This document shows positions 59,188-64,000 of a DNA stretch of 64,000 bases, piece by piece. Positions within the stretch are counted from its first letter, which is position 1, and every line of letters begins with the position of its first letter. The notes beneath the pieces were generated by a model. The model had not been told where the DNA came from and made no database searches. It saw nothing but the letters and a program-made list of their open reading frames with translations. The stretch spans positions 32,001-96,000 of the forward strand of contig CBDESZ010000034.1 of NCBI GenBank assembly GCA_965242725.1, given 5' to 3'. Origin of the DNA: Alkalispirochaeta sp. Its GTDB lineage: Bacteria > Spirochaetota > Spirochaetia > DSM-27196 > Alkalispirochaetaceae. The position numbers and the translations under genes are program-made.

Positions 59188-61029
59188 ATGAAAAACCAGC
59201 TACGTAGCCTTACCAGCACCGCGGGACGGCGCATGGCAGGCGCCCGCAGCCTCTGGCGTGCCAACGGCATGACCGCCAAACAGTTCGGCAAGCCCATCAT
59301 CGCGATCGCCAACTCGTTCACCCAGTTTGTGCCCGGACATGTACACCTTCACGACATCGGCCAGCGTGTGAAGGAACGTATCGAGGAGGCAGGATGTTTC
59401 GCCGCGGAGTTTAATACCATCGCCATCGACGACGGAATCGCCATGGGCCACGACGGCATGCTCTACAGCCTGCCCAGTCGGGAAATAATCGCCGACAGTG
59501 TGGAATATATGGTAAACGCCCATAAGGCGGACGCCCTCGTTTGCATAAGCAACTGCGACAAGATCACACCGGGCATGATGATCGCAGCCATGCGCCTCAA
59601 CATCCCGACAATTTTCGTCTCCGGCGGTCCCATGGAGGCCGGAAACGCCCACGGACGGCACTACGACCTCATTGACGCCATGGTGATGGCAGGCGATCCC
59701 GATGTGGACGACGCCACCCTCGCCGAGGTTGAGGCGGCGGCGTGCCCCACCTGCGGGTCCTGTTCCGGGATGTTTACCGCCAATTCAATGAACTGCCTCA
59801 ACGAGGCACTCGGGTTTGCGTTGCCGGGGAACGGCACGATCGTTGCAACCCACCGCCTGCGTACGGAGTTGTTTGACGCCGCCGCCGCGCGCATCGTGGA
59901 AATGGCATTTTCCTACTATCGTGACGGTGACGACTCCGTCCTCCCCCGCTCCATCGCAACACGGGAGACCTTCCGCAACGCCATGAGTCTGGACATCGCC
60001 ATGGGAGGCAGTACCAATACGGTGCTTCACATTCTCGCGGTAGCCCGCGCCGGCGAGGTCGATTTCACCATGAAGGATATTGATGAACTGTCCCGGAAGA
60101 CTCCCAACCTGTGCAAGGTTGCGCCCTCCAGCCAGTTTCACGTGGAAGACGTGCATCGCGCCGGTGGCATCCTTGGAATCATGGCGGAACTGGACCGGCT
60201 CGGCCTGCTTGACCGCCGGTCCAACCGCGTGGACGGACTCACCCTCGGTGAGGCGCTTGACCGCTATGACATCATGGGAGGCGGCGAAGGGGGGCGTCCC
60301 GCCGCGGATGTCCGCGCCCTCTTCTCCGCCGCGCCGGGCGGTCGACGGAGCCTCACCATGGGCAGCCAGGACAACAGCTACACCGAACTTGACACCGACC
60401 GTACCGCCGGATGCATCAGGGAGGGGAAACACGCCTATTACGCGGAAGGCGGGCTGGCGGTCCTCACCGGCAACCTCGCCGAGTCGGGTTGTATCGTCAA
60501 GACTGCCGGCGTGGATCCTTCGATTCTCGAGTTTACCGGTGTCGCCCGCGTTTTTGAGTCACAGGACGATGCGGTGGAGGGTATTCTCGACGGTACCGTC
60601 CGGGAAGGAGACGTGGTGGTCATCCGCTACGAAGGACCGAAGGGTGGCCCGGGAATGCAGGAAATGCTCTACCCCACGAGCTACCTCAAGAGCCGCAAGC
60701 TCGACAAGGTGTGCGCACTTCTCACGGACGGTCGTTTCTCCGGAGGAACCAGCGGCCTTTCCATCGGCCACACGTCCCCGGAAGCCGCCGCGGGGGGACT
60801 GATCGCACTGGTGAACGACGGAGACCCGATACGGATCAGTATCCCCGAGCGCTCCATCACACTGGACGTACCGGAAGAGGAGATTGCCCGACGCCGCACG
60901 GCCGAAGAGGCCAGGGGAGACAAGGCGTTTACGCCGCGGTCCCGGGAGCGCCTCGTCTCGGACGCACTGCGTGCCTACGCCTACTTTGCCGAGAGCGCCG
61001 ACAAGGGAGCGGTCCGCCGCGTCCCCTGA
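59188..61029 (+). CDS. ilvD: Dihydroxy-acid dehydratase
   Basis: [60 protein letters not shown]. Confidence 0.97.
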   Translation: MKNQLRSLTSTAGRRMAGARSLWRANGMTAKQFGKPIIAIANSFTQFVPGHVHLHDIGQRVKERIEEAGCFAAEFNTIAIDDGIAMGHDGMLYSLPSREIIADSVEYMVNAHKADALVCISNCDKITPGMMIAAMRLNIPTIFVSGGPMEAGNAHGRHYDLIDAMVMAGDPDVDDATLAEVEAAACPTCGSCSGMFTANSMNCLNEALGFALPGNGTIVATHRLRTELFDAAAARIVEMAFSYYRDGDDSVLPRSIATRETFRNAMSLDIAMGGSTNTVLHILAVARAGEVDFTMKDIDELSRKTPNLCKVAPSSQFHVEDVHRAGGILGIMAELDRLGLLDRRSNRVDGLTLGEALDRYDIMGGGEGGRPAADVRALFSAAPGGRRSLTMGSQDNSYTELDTDRTAGCIREGKHAYYAEGGLAVLTGNLAESGCIVKTAGVDPSILEFTGVARVFESQDDAVEGILDGTVREGDVVVIRYEGPKGGPGMQEMLYPTSYLKSRKLDKVCALLTDGRFSGGTSGLSIGHTSPEAAAGGLIALVNDGDPIRISIPERSITLDVPEEEIARRRTAEEARGDKAFTPRSRERLVSDALRAYAYFAESADKGAVRRVP

Positions 61030-61047
61030 CGCGCCGATAAGGGTTGT

Positions 61048-61617
61048 ATGAAGATTCGACCGATTCTCGTTCTGTGTGCACTTGTCGTCGTCTCGGGATG
61101 TACCGGCGATCCCGAGCCCCTGCCGGTGGAACCCCCGGCGCCGGCGCGACCGCCGGCGCAACCCCAACCGGTTCCCCAGGTACAGCCGGAACCGGAGCCG
61201 CTCCCGGAAGGGCACGCGCCGCTCGTGGGGACGCGGTGGGACCTGGCGACGCTGTACGGCGATATGCGCACCCTCATTCCCCCGGACGGCCCGGTGTGGC
61301 TTGAGTTTCGTCCCGACGGGACATTTTTCGTTCAGGGCCCGGAAAATACAATTGAGGGTACCTTCACCTACCGGCCGGATGAGGCGTCTCCGAAAAGCGG
61401 ATTTGACTTTGAGGAGGGACGCCTTGAGGGGTACGACGTCCTGCGTAACCGTCGCCCCGGCACGTTTTCCGACTTTGAGGACGTCCTTCTGGAAAACCTC
61501 GCCCTGTTGAAAGGCTATTACATACGCGGAGAGACTCACGGGTCGAGCACGCTCACCATTTGGGGCGGGTACCGGTCGGAAGAGGTGCTTCTTCTGGAAC
61601 TGGACGCCGCACCCTGA
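61048..61617 (+). CDS. Hypothetical lipoprotein with Pro-rich linker (META/lipocalin-like domain)
   Basis: VSG-C lipobox; PQP repeats; LVGTRW.L, LEFRPDGTF, GTF. Confidence 0.7.
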   Translation: MKIRPILVLCALVVVSGCTGDPEPLPVEPPAPARPPAQPQPVPQVQPEPEPLPEGHAPLVGTRWDLATLYGDMRTLIPPDGPVWLEFRPDGTFFVQGPENTIEGTFTYRPDEASPKSGFDFEEGRLEGYDVLRNRRPGTFSDFEDVLLENLALLKGYYIRGETHGSSTLTIWGGYRSEEVLLLELDAAP

Positions 61618-61662
61618 GCGGGTGCACTCAGAACGGGCGCCCCGTCATGGAGCCGGCGCGGC

Positions 61663-63072
61663 TCAGACTGAGTACCGTGCCATCGCCTTGGTGACGCGCT
61701 TGCGGGACGCCCGGATCTCATCGCCGTAGTCTTCCAGGAGCTTCCGCAGCTGCCGTTCCAGCCGGGAAAGTCCGAACTCCTGCTTCCCCACTTCAAAATT
61801 GTGATCCACCATCTCCTGTCGGCGTGACGGGTTGGTCAGGACCTCATGGATCTGGTCCAGGACGACATCTTCAATCAACAGGCGTCCGTCCCGATCGTAT
61901 GAATCCCGGACCTCGATATTCCGCATACCCGAGACCATGATGTCCGTCTTGTACACCAGGTAGGTCGTCGTCACCACCGGGACGCGCGCTGCAACCGCCT
62001 CAAGAAGGGCGTTGCCGAAGCCCTCCCAAATGGGAAGGTACGTAACAAGGTCCGCGTTCACCAGGACATCCCGGTTGGTATACAGGCGCTCCCCCGTCTC
62101 GCTTGTCCCGCGGACGCTTTGCACCCGATCGCTGATAATATGGAGGGGAATGTCATACCGCTCGGCTTCACGGGTTATGAGATCGATGTAGTGTTCATCC
62201 GGCTCATCTCCCTGGTAGAGGGAAATGATGTAGTGCAGGCGACTGCGCCACTCGGGAAAGCGCCGCGCAAGGAGACCCACCAGCGCGACGGAGTCTTCAA
62301 TCCGTTTTCGGGGCACAATACGCGTCGGTTGAACCACCAGAATATCGTCGTCTGAAAATCCGAAATCCTCCCTGAAACGGCGGTTATATTCATCGACCAT
62401 GACGGGACGTTCAAAATCCTCACAGTTGGGAATGATGTGGGGGCTGACCCGTTTCAACGATGAGAGGATATGGGCCGCGTAGGACGATATGACTACATGT
62501 TCCAGCGCAAGATCCACCGGCGGCATGATCGTCGTGAGAAGAGACTCGATGCGGCTGCCGGAAAACCTGCTCCGCTCCCACCAGAAGTCATGGTGGTGAA
62601 AAATGGTCGCCACCCGCTGAGTCGTGGCGACATAATACATCGCCACGCCGCCGAGGATCGTCATAGGCATGGCGTTTGTATTCTCGGCAATGAGGACGTC
62701 TATCCGGTGCTCCTTCACAATTTCATGGAGGGTTGCTCCCAGCTCCCTCCCCCGCGTCTCAATCTGTTCGATAAGCTGACGCAGTTCCAGGCTTCCCGGA
62801 TGGTAGGGAATCGAATTCATATGCGGAAAGACGTGCATTTCAACGCGTCTTTGAAACTCGCTGTCAAAGCGCAGCTCCGGAAGGGTCAACCTCCGCTCCT
62901 CGGGGATCAGTGACGGCGCCTGGGGATAGACACCGGCGATTGTATACACCTCGTGCCCCATCTCGGTAAGGATGGCGATCCACTTGTCCACCTCCAGGGA
63001 GACGCCGTCGACACCGCCAAGCTTTCCGCTCACCACTCCGATTCGAAAAATCCCGTTATCCTCCGACACCAA
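61663..63072 (-). CDS. GT4 (GT-B) glycosyltransferase, mannosylglucosylglycerate synthase-like
   Basis: DGVSLEVDKW, HHHDFWWER, QPTRIVPRKRIE, WEGFGNALLE. Confidence 0.85.
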   Translation of the reverse strand: MVSEDNGIFRIGVVSGKLGGVDGVSLEVDKWIAILTEMGHEVYTIAGVYPQAPSLIPEERRLTLPELRFDSEFQRRVEMHVFPHMNSIPYHPGSLELRQLIEQIETRGRELGATLHEIVKEHRIDVLIAENTNAMPMTILGGVAMYYVATTQRVATIFHHHDFWWERSRFSGSRIESLLTTIMPPVDLALEHVVISSYAAHILSSLKRVSPHIIPNCEDFERPVMVDEYNRRFREDFGFSDDDILVVQPTRIVPRKRIEDSVALVGLLARRFPEWRSRLHYIISLYQGDEPDEHYIDLITREAERYDIPLHIISDRVQSVRGTSETGERLYTNRDVLVNADLVTYLPIWEGFGNALLEAVAARVPVVTTTYLVYKTDIMVSGMRNIEVRDSYDRDGRLLIEDVVLDQIHEVLTNPSRRQEMVDHNFEVGKQEFGLSRLERQLRKLLEDYGDEIRASRKRVTKAMARYSV

Positions 63073-64000
63073 GACCTCCCCCTTTACGTCCCGAGGCGAC
63101 GTATTGAATCACCGCTGCAATAAGAATGAGAATCGCAAGGATACCCGTGGCGACGGGAAACCAGTCTCCCCATCGTTGATACGGCGTTTCCCGTTGGCCC
63201 CGTGCCGGAACGGCCACGTCGACAACGAGAGCCTCTTCCGCGTACTGCGGAGCCGTAGCGATGATACGCCCCCGCGCATCGATATGACCAGTCCGTCCGC
63301 TCGCCGTAGAGCGGACCATCGGTTTTTCAAGCTCAACGGCCCGAAAAAGGGCGGCGGCAAAGTGCTGTTGCGCCGCCTGTTCACGGAGTGACCAATAATC
63401 ATTAGTGATATTGACGATTACCTCCATGCCGTTCAACGCAAAACGTCGTACCACTCCGGGAAAGACGTCCTCAAAACAGATGGGCGTCGCAAAGCGGAAC
63501 TGCGGGTGGTGAAAGACTGTGTATTCCGTTCCGGGCGTCCAGAAGTGGATGTCCACATTCATGAGCATGTCGTACACCCACGGCAGCTGCCGACGATACG
63601 GGAAGTACTCGGTAAAGGGAACGAGTTTCACCTTATGGTACGTTTCCATGCGCTCTCCCTCCGGCGAGAAGAGGACCGACGCATTGTAGCTGTCCCGATC
63701 GATTTCGTTCCCCTCCTCGTCGAGGATTCGCCGATAGTCGTCATTTCCCGTGAGAAGCCACGTGTCCACGCCTTCAAGGTAGTCGGTAAAACGGCGTACC
63801 AGCCTCGCAAGGGCGAATCGTTCCGGATCCTCCTGGGACCACCGCCGAATATTGGGGACAAAGGCGGTCTCCGACCACACCACCAGGTCGGGATTTTCAC
63901 CGAGCGTTTCGTCGGTGAGAGCCGTGAGGGACTCGAAGGTTCGACTGTAGTTGTGTTTGCGGGGATCGCTGTTCTGCTGAATAAGGGCAAGGCGGACCGT
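63056..64000 (-). CDS. lnt: Apolipoprotein N-acyltransferase (5' end outside window)
   Basis: VVWSET, YNAS, YHKVKLVPFTEY, PICFED, NITND, RAVE. Confidence 0.93.
   Translation of the reverse strand, partial: TVRLALIQQNSDPRKHNYSRTFESLTALTDETLGENPDLVVWSETAFVPNIRRWSQEDPERFALARLVRRFTDYLEGVDTWLLTGNDDYRRILDEEGNEIDRDSYNASVLFSPEGERMETYHKVKLVPFTEYFPYRRQLPWVYDMLMNVDIHFWTPGTEYTVFHHPQFRFATPICFEDVFPGVVRRFALNGMEVIVNITNDYWSLREQAAQQHFAAALFRAVELEKPMVRSTASGRTGHIDARGRIIATAPQYAEEALVVDVAVPARGQRETPYQRWGDWFPVATGILAILILIAAVIQYVASGRKGGGLGVGG

Noticed and set aside
25..63990. Many long antisense or overlapping ORFs (e.g. 1272-2156, 8734-9744, 21970-22968, 39747-40805, 48022-49185)
   Set aside because: They mirror well-supported genes on the opposite strand, are expected at high GC, and show no recognisable motifs.
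1..64000. tRNA, rRNA, CRISPR array, prophage or anti-phage defence island
   Set aside because: I recognised none by eye, and nearly all sequence is accounted for by housekeeping or envelope CDSs. tRNAscan-SE, Infernal and DefenseFinder would be needed to exclude them formally.

Overview
A gene-dense, GC-rich bacterial chromosomal segment, most likely from a free-living Spirochaetota (Spirochaeta/Alkalispirochaeta-like). That placement is an inference from gene content: DUF2259, a long FapA/DUF342, a STAS-Zn-ribbon protein, eukaryote/archaea-type ProRS and many lipoproteins. It holds about 57 CDSs, mostly housekeeping or envelope genes: a sugar ABC transporter with its ROK regulator, GH3, proS, avtA, serA, radA, dps, nfo, thrC, murA, pspA, rsmE, ctpA, lgt, ilvD and lnt. 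One IS1-like element has perfect 21-23 bp terminal inverted repeats flanked by TA. I recognised no tRNA, rRNA, CRISPR array or prophage. The main observations are: (1) an atypical IS1-like element; (2) a TAnnnT -10 box 6-9 nt before the start codon of about 18 genes, implying pervasive leaderless mRNAs; (3) an intergenic locus bracketed by two tandem DnaA-box pairs; (4) a rod-shaped, 6S-like ncRNA candidate between radA and a TraB-family gene; (5) a STAS-PspA-atypical regulator operon near a sigma54 activator lacking an HTH; (6) a divergent LptF/LptG-like pair coupled to a J-domain gene; (7) clear ROK, Fur/PerR-like and sigma54 sites; (8) MurA with Cys-to-Asp; and (9) two single-base frameshifts in G runs. 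All calls come from reading the sequence by eye; no database search was run.
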